NCBI GenBank assembly: GCA_946624075.1
Contig: CAMORW010000001.1
Coordinates: 157,437 to 221,436 of the forward strand
Direction: 5' to 3'
Source: Ruminococcus flavefaciens
GTDB taxonomy: Bacteria > Bacillota > Clostridia > Oscillospirales > Ruminococcaceae
DNA length: 64,000 nt
Positions within the stretch are counted from its first letter, which is position 1. Each line of letters begins with the position of its first letter. Shown here one piece after another: positions 1 to 12,956 of this stretch. A program made the translations under genes and the position numbers. The notes beneath the pieces are model-generated. The model was not told where the DNA came from and made no database searches. It saw nothing but the letters and a program-made list of their open reading frames with translations.

Positions 1-66
1 TTGTGCTTTTTTGTCCAAGCTGCTTATGCACAAATTATCATAGCCGGTCATTTATCCTGGATAAAC

Positions 67-110
67 AAAGATCCCGGATGCTGTTATACTCTGCTGCTTC
101 CGGGATCTTT
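67..110 (-). terminator. Intrinsic terminator of the V-ATPase operon
   Basis: 12-bp inverted repeat AAAGATCCCGGA/TCCGGGATCTTT 20 nt past the subunit D stop. Confidence 0.7.
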
Positions 111-130
111 ATTCTTGTAGTATGCTGATA

Positions 131-781
131 CTACCGGTAACTGTGGCTCTGCTTCAGCACCATGTCCTTAACCTTCATCAGCGACGTGGTGGTGCTTCGT
201 TCATTCTCTGAAAGTTTCATGGTTATGAACTTTATCGTCTCTTCATAGTCAGGTATCATGATGTGCTCAAGTGCATTTACACGGCGGCGTGTCTTTTCTA
301 TTTCGTCTGCCATGAGCTGGCATGCTTTTTCTACTTCTGCAAGCCGTATCATCTTCGGGAACACCTCGCTGAGCGCTTTTACTGCACCGTCGAGGTCAAT
401 GGACGTAAAAGCCGTGCCATAAGAAAAAATGTCATTGCTGTCCGCTGTCTTGTACTTAGGCTTGAATACCGGGATATTCACGCTCATGACGTTCTTTTCT
501 TCAACATCAAGCTCCACTTCCTGCTTAGGCAGCATCAGGGCTGTCTCAAGCACCTCGCGCTGCATGACCGAACCGGCAACTGCCATGTATTTGTTGGCGT
601 CAGATACGGCGGCTTCAACTTCCGTCCTCAGCTGTCGGTTCTCTTTTATCAGTATCATGAACTGACGCATCAGCTCATCACGCTTATCCTTCAGCAGCTT
701 GTGTCCGCGTCGTGCGGATACCAACTTCTTCTTCAGCTTGGAAAGCTCCATTCGCGTAGGGTTTACGTTAAGCCTCGCCAA
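131..781 (-). CDS. ntpD: V/A-type ATP synthase subunit D
   Basis: N-terminal NVNPTRMEL, RGHKLLKDKRDEL and TRRRVNALEH motifs; last gene of the operon. Confidence 0.96.
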   Translation of the reverse strand: MARLNVNPTRMELSKLKKKLVSARRGHKLLKDKRDELMRQFMILIKENRQLRTEVEAAVSDANKYMAVAGSVMQREVLETALMLPKQEVELDVEEKNVMSVNIPVFKPKYKTADSNDIFSYGTAFTSIDLDGAVKALSEVFPKMIRLAEVEKACQLMADEIEKTRRRVNALEHIMIPDYEETIKFITMKLSENERSTTTSLMKVKDMVLKQSHSYR

Positions 782-791
782 TCAGTCCACC

Positions 792-2168
792 TCATTCCTG
801 TGTGTCATAGTACTTTACAAGATACTCTTCTCTTATTCGGCGCAGTTCGCTTCTCGGGAGAAGTCTGAGCAGCTCCCAGCCTATGGACAGAGTATCTTCT
901 ATACTGCGGTTGTTATCGAAGCCCTGCGATACATACCTGCGCTCAAATTCATCCGCGAATTTTGCGTACATCAGGTCAATGGGCGTAAGTGCCGCTTCAC
1001 CAAGCACCACCATGAGTTCCTTGGCATCCTTTCCGCGTGCATATGCGGAAAACAGCTGGTTCATGGTATCGGAATGATCCTTCCTCGTCTTGCCTTCGCC
1101 TATGCCCTTATCCTTCAGTCTTGAAAGTGACGGGAGAACATCTACCGGCGGATTTATACCCTTGCGGTACAGTTCACGGGAAAGGATTATCTGTCCCTCT
1201 GTAATGTATCCGGTAAGGTCTGGGATAGGATGTGTCTTGTCATCCTCGGGCATGGTGAGGATAGGTATCATTGTGATGCTTCCCTCTTTGCCGTCCTGTC
1301 TGCCCGCTCTTTCGTATATCGTCGCAAGATCAGTATACATGTATCCGGGATATCCGCGGCGTCCGGGAACTTCCTTGCGGGCTGCTGATACTTCTCGCAG
1401 TGCATCGGCATAGTTGGTGATGTCCGTCAGTATTACAAGGACGTGCATGCCCTTTTCAAACGCAAGATACTCTGCGGCTGTCAGTGCCATTTTAGGTGTT
1501 GCAAGACGCTCTATCGCGGAGTCGTTAGCAAGATTTATGAAAAGCACTGTCCTGTCAAGTGCTCCGGTCGAACGGAAACTTTTCACAAAGTATTCGGATT
1601 CTTCGAATGTTATGCCCATCGCCGCAAATACAACGGCAAACTGCTCGTCCTTGCCGCGTACACGAGCCTGACGTGCTATCTGTGCCGCAAACTGTGCGTG
1701 CGGAAGTCCGCTGGCTGAAAATATGGGCAGTTTCTGTCCTCTTACAAGTGTGTTCAGTCCGTCTATGGCTGATACTCCGGTCTGGATGAATTCCTGCGGA
1801 TACTTTCTCGCTACGGGATTCATCGGAAGACCGTTTACGTCCATTCGCATTTCAGGTATTATCTCCGGACCGTCGTCGATAGGTCTGCCCATACCGTCAA
1901 ATACTCTTCCGAGCATATCCTCGGATACGCCCAGTTCCATCTGGTGTCCTGAGAAAACTACGCTGCTGTCTTTAAGATTGATTCCGGCTGCATTGTCAAA
2001 CAGCTGGACAAGGGCATTGGTGCCGTCTATCTCAAGCACCCGGCATCTGCGGCGTTCGCCGTTTGTGAGTCTTATCTCCGCAAGCTCACCGTAGCTTACG
2101 TTCTCAACATCCTTTACAAGCAGCAGAGGTCCTGCTGCTTCCTCTATGGTCCTGTATTCCCTTGGCAT
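792..2168 (-). CDS. ntpB: V/A-type ATP synthase subunit B
   Basis: REYRTI..AGPL start, [44 protein letters not shown]. Confidence 0.97.
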   Translation of the reverse strand: MPREYRTIEEAAGPLLLVKDVENVSYGELAEIRLTNGERRRCRVLEIDGTNALVQLFDNAAGINLKDSSVVFSGHQMELGVSEDMLGRVFDGMGRPIDDGPEIIPEMRMDVNGLPMNPVARKYPQEFIQTGVSAIDGLNTLVRGQKLPIFSASGLPHAQFAAQIARQARVRGKDEQFAVVFAAMGITFEESEYFVKSFRSTGALDRTVLFINLANDSAIERLATPKMALTAAEYLAFEKGMHVLVILTDITNYADALREVSAARKEVPGRRGYPGYMYTDLATIYERAGRQDGKEGSITMIPILTMPEDDKTHPIPDLTGYITEGQIILSRELYRKGINPPVDVLPSLSRLKDKGIGEGKTRKDHSDTMNQLFSAYARGKDAKELMVVLGEAALTPIDLMYAKFADEFERRYVSQGFDNNRSIEDTLSIGWELLRLLPRSELRRIREEYLVKYYDTQE

Positions 2169-3937
2169 CAGTCCTGCTCCTTTCTGAGCAAAGCATCAAG
2201 CTCAGCTGATATCTCTACCAATATCCTGCTGAATTCATCGTCTGTCTTTGCCTCTTCTACATATTTGAAACGTCCGATCTTCTCGCGTACGGGAAGTTCG
2301 GCTACTTCTTCCACGTCGGCTCCTTTTTTCAGAACTTCCGCTGCCTCATCATTGAAGTTGAGGATGAGTTTCATCATGTACAGCTGCTTTTTCAGGCTCG
2401 TGTAGGTATCGACTTCATGGAAGGCAAGCTGGTGCAGGAAGTCCTCTCTGATAGAACGTGCAGTCTCCATTTTCAGGCGATCTGACGCTGAAAGCGCATC
2501 CATTCCTATCAGCTTGACTATCTCTTTCAGTTCGGCTTCGTCATGAAGTATAGCCATGAACCTCGCACGGTCTTTCATCCAGTCCTTGGATACGTTGTTG
2601 TCGTACCACTCCGCCAGCGAATCTGCATACAGCGAATAGCTCGTCAGCCAGTTGATCGCCGGAAAGTGACGCTGATAGGCAAGTGAGGAGTCAAGTCCCC
2701 AGAACACCTTTACTATGCGCAGTGTCGCCTGTGATACAGGTTCGGATATGTCTCCGCCGGGAGGTGATACGGCGCCTATTACAGAGAGTGCCCCCTCTCT
2801 GCCTTCTGTGCCGTTTGAGATAACTCGTCCTGCACGCTCATAGAACTGCGCGAGACGGCTTCCGAGATATGCGGGGTAGCCTTCGTCACCGGGCATTTCT
2901 TCAAGTCTGCCGGACATCTCACGAAGTGCCTCTGCCCAGCGTGATGTGGAGTCCGCCATAAGCGCTACTGAATAGCCCATATCACGGTAATACTCGGCTA
3001 TGGTTATTCCTGTGTACACAGACGCTTCACGCGCTGCAACAGGCATATCAGATGTATTCGCGATGAGAACTGTTCGCTCCATAAGGGATTTGCCGGTATT
3101 CGGATCTATGAGTTCCGGGAATTCGTTCAGTACGTCTGTCATCTCGTTTCCGCGCTCTCCGCATCCGATGTATACGATTATATCAGCATCAGCCCACTTG
3201 GCAAGCTGATGCTGCGTCACTGTCTTGCCGCTTCCGAATGGTCCGGGTATAGCTGCCACTCCGCCTTTGGCTATGGGGAACAGACAGTCTACGACACGCT
3301 GGCCGGTTACAAGCGGCATATCAGGTGACAGTTTTTTCTTGTATGGTCTTCCGCGGCGTACCGGCCACTTCTGTATGAGTGTCAGTTCACGCTCGCCTTT
3401 GCCTGTGTCTATTATGCAGACTGTTTCGTCTGCACGGAAAGTGCCGGACTTTATTTCCTTTACGACACCTTCTACATCGTTTGGCACCATTATCTTGTGA
3501 AGAACGATATCTGTCTCGGGAACTGTTCCTATAATGTCTCCGCCTGTGACCTTGTCGCCTTTCTGTACGGAAGGTGTGAATTCCCACTGTATGTCTCTTT
3601 TAAGTGAAGGCACTTCGACTCCGCGCTGAAGATTGTTTCCGGCTACACGGCGGATGTCGTCAAGCGGGCGCTGGATGCCGTCAAATATGCTGCCGATAAG
3701 TCCTGGACCGAGCTCTACGCTCATGGGTTCTCCTGTGGACTCGACCGACTCTCCTGTGCCGAGTCCGGCTGTCTCTTCATATACCTGTATGGATGCGCGG
3801 TCACCGTGCATCTCGATTATCTCTCCGATAAGACGCTGCTTGCTCACGCGGACAACGTCAAACATATTAGAATCCCTCATGCCCTCTGCTACTACAAGAG
3901 GACCTGAGACTTTGGTTATTGTACCGATGCTGCTCAT
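2168..3937 (-). CDS. ntpA: V/A-type ATP synthase catalytic subunit A
   Basis: Walker [28 protein letters not shown]; start moved to the ATG at 3937, which follows an AAGGAG RBS. Confidence 0.97.
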   Translation of the reverse strand: MSSIGTITKVSGPLVVAEGMRDSNMFDVVRVSKQRLIGEIIEMHGDRASIQVYEETAGLGTGESVESTGEPMSVELGPGLIGSIFDGIQRPLDDIRRVAGNNLQRGVEVPSLKRDIQWEFTPSVQKGDKVTGGDIIGTVPETDIVLHKIMVPNDVEGVVKEIKSGTFRADETVCIIDTGKGERELTLIQKWPVRRGRPYKKKLSPDMPLVTGQRVVDCLFPIAKGGVAAIPGPFGSGKTVTQHQLAKWADADIIVYIGCGERGNEMTDVLNEFPELIDPNTGKSLMERTVLIANTSDMPVAAREASVYTGITIAEYYRDMGYSVALMADSTSRWAEALREMSGRLEEMPGDEGYPAYLGSRLAQFYERAGRVISNGTEGREGALSVIGAVSPPGGDISEPVSQATLRIVKVFWGLDSSLAYQRHFPAINWLTSYSLYADSLAEWYDNNVSKDWMKDRARFMAILHDEAELKEIVKLIGMDALSASDRLKMETARSIREDFLHQLAFHEVDTYTSLKKQLYMMKLILNFNDEAAEVLKKGADVEEVAELPVREKIGRFKYVEEAKTDDEFSRILVEISAELDALLRKEQD

Positions 3938-3956
3938 TGTGTACGATCTGCTCCTT

Positions 3957-4277
3957 TCAATTGAGTATATCTGAACCAACTGCCTTTTCTACTGCTTCAT
4001 GCAGTGACCTCATGCCGTCGCCGGTGTTTCCTTCTACAGCCGGTATGAGCACTATCGCGGGCAGCTTGCTGCTCCTGTACTTGCTTATTGTATCACTTAC
4101 AAGTGCAGCCGCAGGTTCTGTTATATATATCACTGCAAAATCACTGGCAGCCAGTCTGGATATCAGTTTTCTGATACGGTCTGCTTCAGTCTCACGGAAT
4201 ACTGACAGTCCGAGAGCTGCAAATCCGGAAACACTTGCCGTATCACCGATAACGGCAGCTTTATACATTTCAGACAT
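3957..4277 (-). CDS. V/A-type ATP synthase subunit F
   Basis: KAAVIGD...GFAALG and PAIVLIP motifs; operon position. Confidence 0.92.
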   Translation of the reverse strand: MSEMYKAAVIGDTASVSGFAALGLSVFRETEADRIRKLISRLAASDFAVIYITEPAAALVSDTISKYRSSKLPAIVLIPAVEGNTGDGMRSLHEAVEKAVGSDILN

Positions 4278-5202
4278 AGAGCTTTCTCATCCTTTCCGTG
4301 ATCGTTTCCCTTGCTGTGCCGCATTCACGGCAGACATTGATTATGCGCAGGTTCTTCAGTTCGGCTTCCTTGGCGATATAATACGCCGCCAGAGGCTCGA
4401 TGCCGAAGGCTTTCATCCTCGCGGATGCGGTGAGTTCCATTATGGCGTCATCACACCATTTTTCGAATTCAGCCGGATTCTCACGCAGGAGTTCCGCCGC
4501 TTCGCCATACCCGGAATTATCAAGGCAGGTAAACAGTGCTTCTGTCCCTGAAAGTGCTGCGCGTATGAGTGCTTCCTTGCTTATCTCACTGCTTCCGGAT
4601 ATCGCCGTTTCCATGAACTGTCTGCTCTTTCCCATACGGCTGCATCTGTAGGCTGTCTTTATATCTGCACATACCGTCGTGACTGCTGCAAACTGTTTCA
4701 TGAACCCATTGCCGGATCTTTCTGCACTTTTCTGCATCTCCTGAAGGGCTGAACAGTCGATGTATGAATCGGATAACTGTCCGTCCATGGTCCTTACAAG
4801 CAGATCATAGGCTTCACGGGCTGTCTCTCGCATATGCTGAGGGAGCATATCTGCGTCCTTCTCGCGGAATGCCGCTGTCAGCGTCTCAAGCTCTACGTTG
4901 GACGGAGTTATATAGTAAACAGACGGATCACGGTTGGATATGAGTGCTTTCAGTGCTGCTTTAAGATTGTGGAAATCGTTGCGGTAGAGAAGTATCTTCA
5001 GTTCTTCGCTGTCCGACGCATAGGTCATCAGCATTTCCCATACGTCTGACATATCCGCAGTCTCTCCGGCTTTTGCGCGTACCAGTACCTCACGCTCGGC
5101 TCTGGTAGGTGCATTTATCACCTGCTCCATGTCGCTCTGCGAAAGCAGGTTCATCTCCATTGCCTTTACCGCGGCCACTGCGCTTGCATATTCTGTTCCC
5201 AT
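4270..5202 (-). CDS. ntpC: V/A-type ATP synthase subunit C
   Basis: D.HNLKAALK and EIKNLRII-like (ELKNLRII) motifs; operon position; ATG at 5202 after AGGTG. Confidence 0.9.
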   Translation of the reverse strand: MGTEYASAVAAVKAMEMNLLSQSDMEQVINAPTRAEREVLVRAKAGETADMSDVWEMLMTYASDSEELKILLYRNDFHNLKAALKALISNRDPSVYYITPSNVELETLTAAFREKDADMLPQHMRETAREAYDLLVRTMDGQLSDSYIDCSALQEMQKSAERSGNGFMKQFAAVTTVCADIKTAYRCSRMGKSRQFMETAISGSSEISKEALIRAALSGTEALFTCLDNSGYGEAAELLRENPAEFEKWCDDAIMELTASARMKAFGIEPLAAYYIAKEAELKNLRIINVCRECGTARETITERMRKLYV

Positions 5203-5206
5203 GAGA

Positions 5207-5803
5207 TCACCTGCCAAACAATTCTCGTGCCGCTGTATCGCGTATGCCGTCTTTTTCAGATTCCATCACCGCTTCAAAACTGCAATTCTCTGATATGAGA
5301 CCGTATGTCAGGATGAATCCGTCGGGTATATCTGCTGCTTCGGTATTCAGCCTGATCCTGCCGCCGATCTTTTCCGCTTCATTATTGAGACTGAGTTCAA
5401 AATCCGCAGGGACACGGTCAAGGTCTTTCTGACTGAGTTCAAGCACTCCTTCGCCGCTTCTCATCCGGTTTGTTACAAGCCTTCCCAGCATTTTAAAATA
5501 CTCGTCATCAGGCATGTTCCTGAGCTTTTCAAGAACTGCTTCGCATACCTTTTCTATGAGTCCGACTTTGCATTCGAGTATCCGCCTTTTGCATGCCGAG
5601 TCAACTGCGGCAAGATCTGCTGAATGCGCGTGTTCATGCTTGTATCTGGCTTTTTCTATGTGTTCGGCATATGCCTTGTCAGCTTTCTCTCCGGCTTCCC
5701 TGAGAATAGCTTCAGCTTTGCCGGAAGCAGAACTGAGGAGCTTTTCCTCTGTCCCCTTCTGCTGATCGCTTATGATATTCAGTATCTCGTCAAGTCCGGA
5801 CAT
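5207..5803 (-). CDS. ntpE: V/A-type ATP synthase subunit E
   Basis: MSGLDEILN start, N-terminal coiled coil, C-terminal GFIL..G.I.ENCSFE; operon position. Confidence 0.9.
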   Translation of the reverse strand: MSGLDEILNIISDQQKGTEEKLLSSASGKAEAILREAGEKADKAYAEHIEKARYKHEHAHSADLAAVDSACKRRILECKVGLIEKVCEAVLEKLRNMPDDEYFKMLGRLVTNRMRSGEGVLELSQKDLDRVPADFELSLNNEAEKIGGRIRLNTEAADIPDGFILTYGLISENCSFEAVMESEKDGIRDTAARELFGR

Positions 5804-5824
5804 ATTTTGTACCTCCGTTCACGA

Positions 5825-8264
<2,440 letters not shown>

Positions 8265-8298
8265 ATTTCACATCACACTCCTTATACAGCCTTCAGGC

Positions 8299-8607
8299 TC
8301 AGAAATATTCGTTTATTACTGCGTCTACCGCTTTCTGCATATTTTTCTCTGCCTTTTCTCTTATGTCAGCAAGTTCACTGTCACAATCTGCTCCGGCTTT
8401 TTCTCGGTATGCAACAAGCTTTTTGTCATATTCCGCCTTGATCTTCCTTGATTCAGCCGCCGCCTCTCCGAGTCTTTTCTGTATCAGCTGTGATGCTTTT
8501 CCTTCTGCTTCGCTTATGATCTCGTCACGCCGTTTTCTTGCAAGGGCGTTTTTTCTCTCAGATTCAGACTCAGCATCAAGGATCTTCTTAACTGCTTCTG
8601 ATGCCAT
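8299..8607 (-). CDS. V/A-type ATP synthase peripheral stalk subunit G/H
   Basis: 102-aa charged coiled coil, first gene of the operon, AGGAGG RBS. Confidence 0.8.
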   Translation of the reverse strand: MASEAVKKILDAESESERKNALARKRRDEIISEAEGKASQLIQKRLGEAAAESRKIKAEYDKKLVAYREKAGADCDSELADIREKAEKNMQKAVDAVINEYF

Positions 8608-8648
8608 TCTATCCCTCCTTATTAAAAATGACTGTTGGTCACTATCTC

Positions 8649-8677
8649 ATTATATCACATACATCTTCCTTTGTCAA
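8649..8677 (-). promoter_or_regulatory. Sigma-A promoter P2 of the V-ATPase operon
   Basis: Perfect TTGACA-N17-TATAAT on the minus strand. Confidence 0.85.
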
Positions 8678-8787
8678 TAGACTGTCTCACTAAAAATGAC
8701 CAGCATTCACTTTTTCTCCAATATGCGCAATGGGAGCTATCCCTACAGACAGCTCCCATTTACTTATTATATTCACTTACAGGTAAA

Positions 8788-8816
8788 ATTATACCACAAA
8801 TCACTATCTTTGTCAA
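8788..8816 (-). promoter_or_regulatory. Second upstream sigma-A promoter P1
   Basis: Perfect TTGACA-N17-TATAAT, extended -10 (TGG-TATAAT). Confidence 0.75.
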
Positions 8817-8855
8817 CAACGTGCGGCAGTTGTATCATTCCTATTTGGAATATGA

Positions 8856-9314
8856 CTATACTCCGAATATCTCGTATTCACCTGCATTCAGCGATATTGA
8901 ACTATAATCGCCCTTGTCAAGGACCGCGTCCCTATTGTTGATATAGGCTTTCAGTATCGCCCGGCTCATGTTAGTGATATCTGTGCGCCGGATCGCTTCC
9001 TCGGGTGAAAGCAGCAATACTTCGCTGTTTTCGTAGCCGTCCGACAGCGGCTCTCCGGATATGTACTTCATCCTGAATACTACACACCACTGCTCATAAC
9101 GGAACTGTATCGCAAATACCGATGCTGCTTCCGCCTTCACCTGCGTCTCTTCAGAGAACTCCCTTGATACTGCATCCGAAGGCAGTTCGCCCTCTTTTAC
9201 ATATCCTCCGGGAATGAGTATGCGGTCTTTTGCCTGTCCGTATGTATGCCTTACGAACAGTATCTTACCGTCTATTTCCAGTATGCCGCATACCGCGTAA
9301 TACCGGTTACTCAT
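8856..9314 (-). CDS. Nudix hydrolase
   Basis: Nudix box GGYVKEGELPSDAVSREFSEETQV. Confidence 0.9.
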   Translation of the reverse strand: MSNRYYAVCGILEIDGKILFVRHTYGQAKDRILIPGGYVKEGELPSDAVSREFSEETQVKAEAASVFAIQFRYEQWCVVFRMKYISGEPLSDGYENSEVLLLSPEEAIRRTDITNMSRAILKAYINNRDAVLDKGDYSSISLNAGEYEIFGV

Positions 9315-11085
9315 CTTCTTTTTTGTTTACGCTGATGCCGAGCACTGCGAGACTTTCGTCATCAACTTCTGACGGACACTCGGACATGAGTTCGCTGGCA
9401 TTCTGTACCTTCGGGAATGCTGTTACGTCACGGAGACTGTCTGCCTTGCACATTATCATGGCAAGTCTGTCAAGTCCGATCCCCATTCCTCCGTGCGGCG
9501 GTGCTGCATAACGGTATGCATCTACAAGGAAGCCGAACTTTGCCTGTATCTCTTCATCTGTCATGCCAAGAGCTTCAAACATCTTCTGCTGGAGCTCAAA
9601 GTCTGTGATACGCATTGATCCGCTGGAAAGCTCTGTTCCGTTGAGGACAAGATCCCACGCCTTCGCGCGTACATTTGCCGGATCTGTGTCGAGATAATCA
9701 AGACACTCTTCCATAGGCATTGTGAATGGATGATGTGCTGCTACCCATGTTCCTGCTTCTTCGTCATACTCAAAGAACGGCATCTCTGTTATCCAGAGGA
9801 AATTGTACTGGTCCTCAGGGATTATGTCAAGCTTCTTCGCACATATGAGTCTTATTGCTCCAAGTGTGGAAAGTACGGTCTTGGTCTTGTCTGCGCATAT
9901 GAGCACAAGGTCGCCTTCGTTTGCATCCACTGCTGCACATATCTTTTCAAGATCGCCTTCAGCAAGGAATTTCTTGAATGAACAGTTCGGCTCGTCTGCC
10001 CAGCGTATGTATGCAAGCCCCTTTGCACCTATGCCCTTGGCGTGATCTACCAGCTTGTCTATCTCCTTGCGGGTATATGTCGCTGCTCCGTTCTTTACGT
10101 TTATTGCACGAACAGATCCGCCTTCTGCTACTGCGTTCTTGAATACTACGAAGTCTATATCTTTTACTGTATCTGTGATGTCCTGTATCTCAAAGCCGAA
10201 TCTTGTATCCGGTTTGTCCGAGCCGTAGCGGGACATTGCATCTGCAAATGTGAGCCTCGGAAGCGGTACGGGGATATCTACGCCCATTACTTCCTTGAAT
10301 ACACGCTGTACAAATCCTTCAACACAGCTCTGGATGTCCTCTGCATCCACAAATGACATTTCAAGGTCTATCTGTGTGAACTCGGGCTGACGGTCAGCTC
10401 TCAGGTCTTCGTCACGGAAGCAGCGTGCAAGCTGTATGTAGCGGTCGTAACCGGCTATCATAAGCAGCTGCTTGTATATCTGCGGTGACTGGGGAAGAGC
10501 ATAGAACTTGCCCTGATGCACTCTCGAAGGGATGAGATAGTCTCTTGCACCTTCCGGTGTTGACTTCATCATCATAGGTGTTTCGATCTCAAGGAAGCCA
10601 TTCTCATAGAAGTACTCCCTTGTTACCTTGGCTATCTGGTGACGCTTGATGATGTTCTCCTGGAGAGGAGCACGTCTCAGGTCGAGATAGCGGTACTTCA
10701 GTCTGAGCTCTTCGTTTACATTGGTGTCGCTTACTATCTCAAAAGGCGTTGTCTGTGCCTTGGCAAGGATACGGAGATCTGTTACGAATATCTCCACATT
10801 TCCTGTCTTGAGCTTATCATTCTTGCTCTCACGCTCGCGCACTTCGCCCTTAGCCATTATTACATATTCACTTCTGCATGATGATGCCTTTTCGAATATT
10901 TCCTTGTCTGTGGTCTCGTTGAAAAGAAGCTGGACTACGCCTGTTCTGTCGCGCAGAACGATAAATATAACTCCGCCCTTGTCTCTGATCCTGTCAACAA
11001 ATCCGCCGACTACTACTTCCTGTCCGGCTTCTGTCACTTCTCCGCAGTAATGTGTTCTTTTAAGACCTTTCATCGTATCAGCCAT
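9307..11085 (-). CDS. aspS: Aspartate--tRNA ligase
   Basis: KRTHYCGE start, RLKYRYLDLRR, motif 2 FRDEDLRADRQPEFTQ, motif 3 PPHGGMGIGLDR; ATG 11085 after AGGAG. Confidence 0.98.
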   Translation of the reverse strand: MADTMKGLKRTHYCGEVTEAGQEVVVGGFVDRIRDKGGVIFIVLRDRTGVVQLLFNETTDKEIFEKASSCRSEYVIMAKGEVRERESKNDKLKTGNVEIFVTDLRILAKAQTTPFEIVSDTNVNEELRLKYRYLDLRRAPLQENIIKRHQIAKVTREYFYENGFLEIETPMMMKSTPEGARDYLIPSRVHQGKFYALPQSPQIYKQLLMIAGYDRYIQLARCFRDEDLRADRQPEFTQIDLEMSFVDAEDIQSCVEGFVQRVFKEVMGVDIPVPLPRLTFADAMSRYGSDKPDTRFGFEIQDITDTVKDIDFVVFKNAVAEGGSVRAINVKNGAATYTRKEIDKLVDHAKGIGAKGLAYIRWADEPNCSFKKFLAEGDLEKICAAVDANEGDLVLICADKTKTVLSTLGAIRLICAKKLDIIPEDQYNFLWITEMPFFEYDEEAGTWVAAHHPFTMPMEECLDYLDTDPANVRAKAWDLVLNGTELSSGSMRITDFELQQKMFEALGMTDEEIQAKFGFLVDAYRYAAPPHGGMGIGLDRLAMIMCKADSLRDVTAFPKVQNASELMSECPSEVDDESLAVLGISVNKKEDE

Positions 11086-11086
11086 G

Positions 11087-12424
11087 TCAATTATTCTCCT
11101 TACCATTCATAAACGCTGCCATTGCTTCATCATCTTCGATAACGTTCATGATCTTATCAAAATATACTCCGTCAAAATTGCCGACGAATTTATCATTGAG
11201 AAGTATCTCTGTTTCCTCGCCGCTCTCCATTTCCTTGATCTTTGCTTTGCCTTCGCTAAGCTCATTGTCGCCAAGAACAAGTGTGAATGAGGCGCCTATC
11301 TTGTTGGCATACTTCATCTGGGCTTTCAGTCCGCGTCCCATGAGATCAAACTCGGCATAATATCCGTATTCACGGAGCTGGTGTGAAAGTTCCATTGCTT
11401 TTTCAAGGGCTGCATCGCCCATGGTCGCAAAGTATATATCACACTTCTTCGGGATGACGAAAGGACAGCCCTGCTTTTCCATTACAAGAAGAAGTCTCTC
11501 TATGCCCATTCCGAAACCGAGCGCCGGCACTTTCTGTCCGCCAAGCTGCTCGATAAGTCCGTCATAGCGTCCGCCGCCGCATACTGTTCCCTGCGCACCG
11601 ATCTCTGTTGTAACGAATTCGAACACGGTCTTGGTATAGTAATCAAGTCCGCGGACTATCTTCGGATTTACCGAGAATTCAATACCCAAGGCTGTGAGAT
11701 ACTTTTTCAGACTCTCAAAGTGACTGCTGCATTCCTCGCAGAGGTAGTCAAGTATTATGGGCGCGTCTTTTCCGATCTCCTGACATATCGGGCTCTTGCA
11801 GTCAAGGATCCGCATGGGGTTCTTGACAAGTCTGTCCTGACATGTCTCACAGAGCTCGTCCTTGCGTGCTTCAAAATATGTTCTGAGTGCCTTGTGATAT
11901 TCGGCACGGCATTTTGGACAGCCTATGGAATTGATGAAAAGCTTGATATTTTTCAGTTCAAGGCGGTCAAGCAGTGTCTTTGCCAGTGAGATAACTTCAG
12001 CATCTGCCGCAGGAGATGCACTGCCTGCCATTTCAAGTCCGAACTGGTGGAATTCACGAAGGCGGCCTGCCTGCGGTCTTTCATGTCTGAAACATGAAAG
12101 AAGATAGTATACTCTCTGCGGAAGTGCTTCATTCAGCAGACCATTCTGGAGCATCGCTCTGATTGTGCCTGCTGTTCCTTCGGGACGAAGTGTGAACTCA
12201 GTCTCCTTCGCCTTTACTGTATACATCTCCTTCTGCACTACATCGGTAGTCTCGCCTACCGAACGCAGAAAAAGATCGGTATTTTCAAATGTGGGGACGC
12301 GTATCTCGGAAAACCCGAAAGTCTCTGCGGTATCCCTTGCGATCTTTTCAACTGTGTGCCATTTGTGTACATCAGAAGGAAGTACGTCTTCAGTACCGTT
12401 TGGTCTCTTGATATTTATAGCCAT
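11087..12424 (-). CDS. hisS: Histidine--tRNA ligase
   Basis: LRPEGTAG, RHERPQAGRLREFHQ, VRGLDYYT, GGGRYD; ATG 12424 after AAGGAG. Confidence 0.98.
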   Translation of the reverse strand: MAINIKRPNGTEDVLPSDVHKWHTVEKIARDTAETFGFSEIRVPTFENTDLFLRSVGETTDVVQKEMYTVKAKETEFTLRPEGTAGTIRAMLQNGLLNEALPQRVYYLLSCFRHERPQAGRLREFHQFGLEMAGSASPAADAEVISLAKTLLDRLELKNIKLFINSIGCPKCRAEYHKALRTYFEARKDELCETCQDRLVKNPMRILDCKSPICQEIGKDAPIILDYLCEECSSHFESLKKYLTALGIEFSVNPKIVRGLDYYTKTVFEFVTTEIGAQGTVCGGGRYDGLIEQLGGQKVPALGFGMGIERLLLVMEKQGCPFVIPKKCDIYFATMGDAALEKAMELSHQLREYGYYAEFDLMGRGLKAQMKYANKIGASFTLVLGDNELSEGKAKIKEMESGEETEILLNDKFVGNFDGVYFDKIMNVIEDDEAMAAFMNGKENN

Positions 12425-12487
12425 AGACAAATTCTCCTTTATAAATGCTGAAACATGAAAATTGTCCCTGAGAAGGGACAATTAAGA

Positions 12488-12889
12488 TCAGATACTCGGT
12501 GTACCGACTTCGCGCCAGTCAAGATCTCCTCTTTCAAGCGCAAGTATAAGTGCTTCGGCAGTTGCTATATTTGTAGCTACCGGAACATTGTGCACATCAC
12601 AGAGTCTCAGAAGATTCATTCCGTGGACATCAGATGCCTTCGGATTGATAGGATCTCTGAAGAACAGGAGCACATCAACTTCGTTGCAGGAAAGCAGGGC
12701 GAGTATCTGCTCTGCTCCGCCCTGACCGCTCAGATACCTTTTTATCGGCAATCCGGTCGCTTCACTTACTTGTTTTCCCGTAGTATTAGTTGCGATAAGT
12801 GTATGCTTGGAGAGTATCCCGCAGTATGCACTGCAGAACTGCACCATAAGCTCTTTTTTTGCGTCATGAGCAATAATAGCGATTGTCAT
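12488..12889 (-). CDS. mgsA: Methylglyoxal synthase-like protein (catalytic Asp apparently substituted)
   Basis: IAHDAKK, AT.TTG, FFRDP, RLCDVHNVP.ATN.ATA motifs; GGDQQ is replaced by GGAEQ. Confidence 0.85.
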   Translation of the reverse strand: MTIAIIAHDAKKELMVQFCSAYCGILSKHTLIATNTTGKQVSEATGLPIKRYLSGQGGAEQILALLSCNEVDVLLFFRDPINPKASDVHGMNLLRLCDVHNVPVATNIATAEALILALERGDLDWREVGTPSI

Positions 12890-12956
12890 TTGTTCGTCCT
12901 TTCCCCGCTTGGCGGTTATATTGATCTATATACTGATCTATATACTATATTGGTCA

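Noticed and set aside
12424-12490. T-box riboswitch upstream of hisS/aspS (also checked upstream of thrC)
   Set aside because: No AAGGTGGTACC-type T-box or long leader; these genes are internal to operons with very short spacers.
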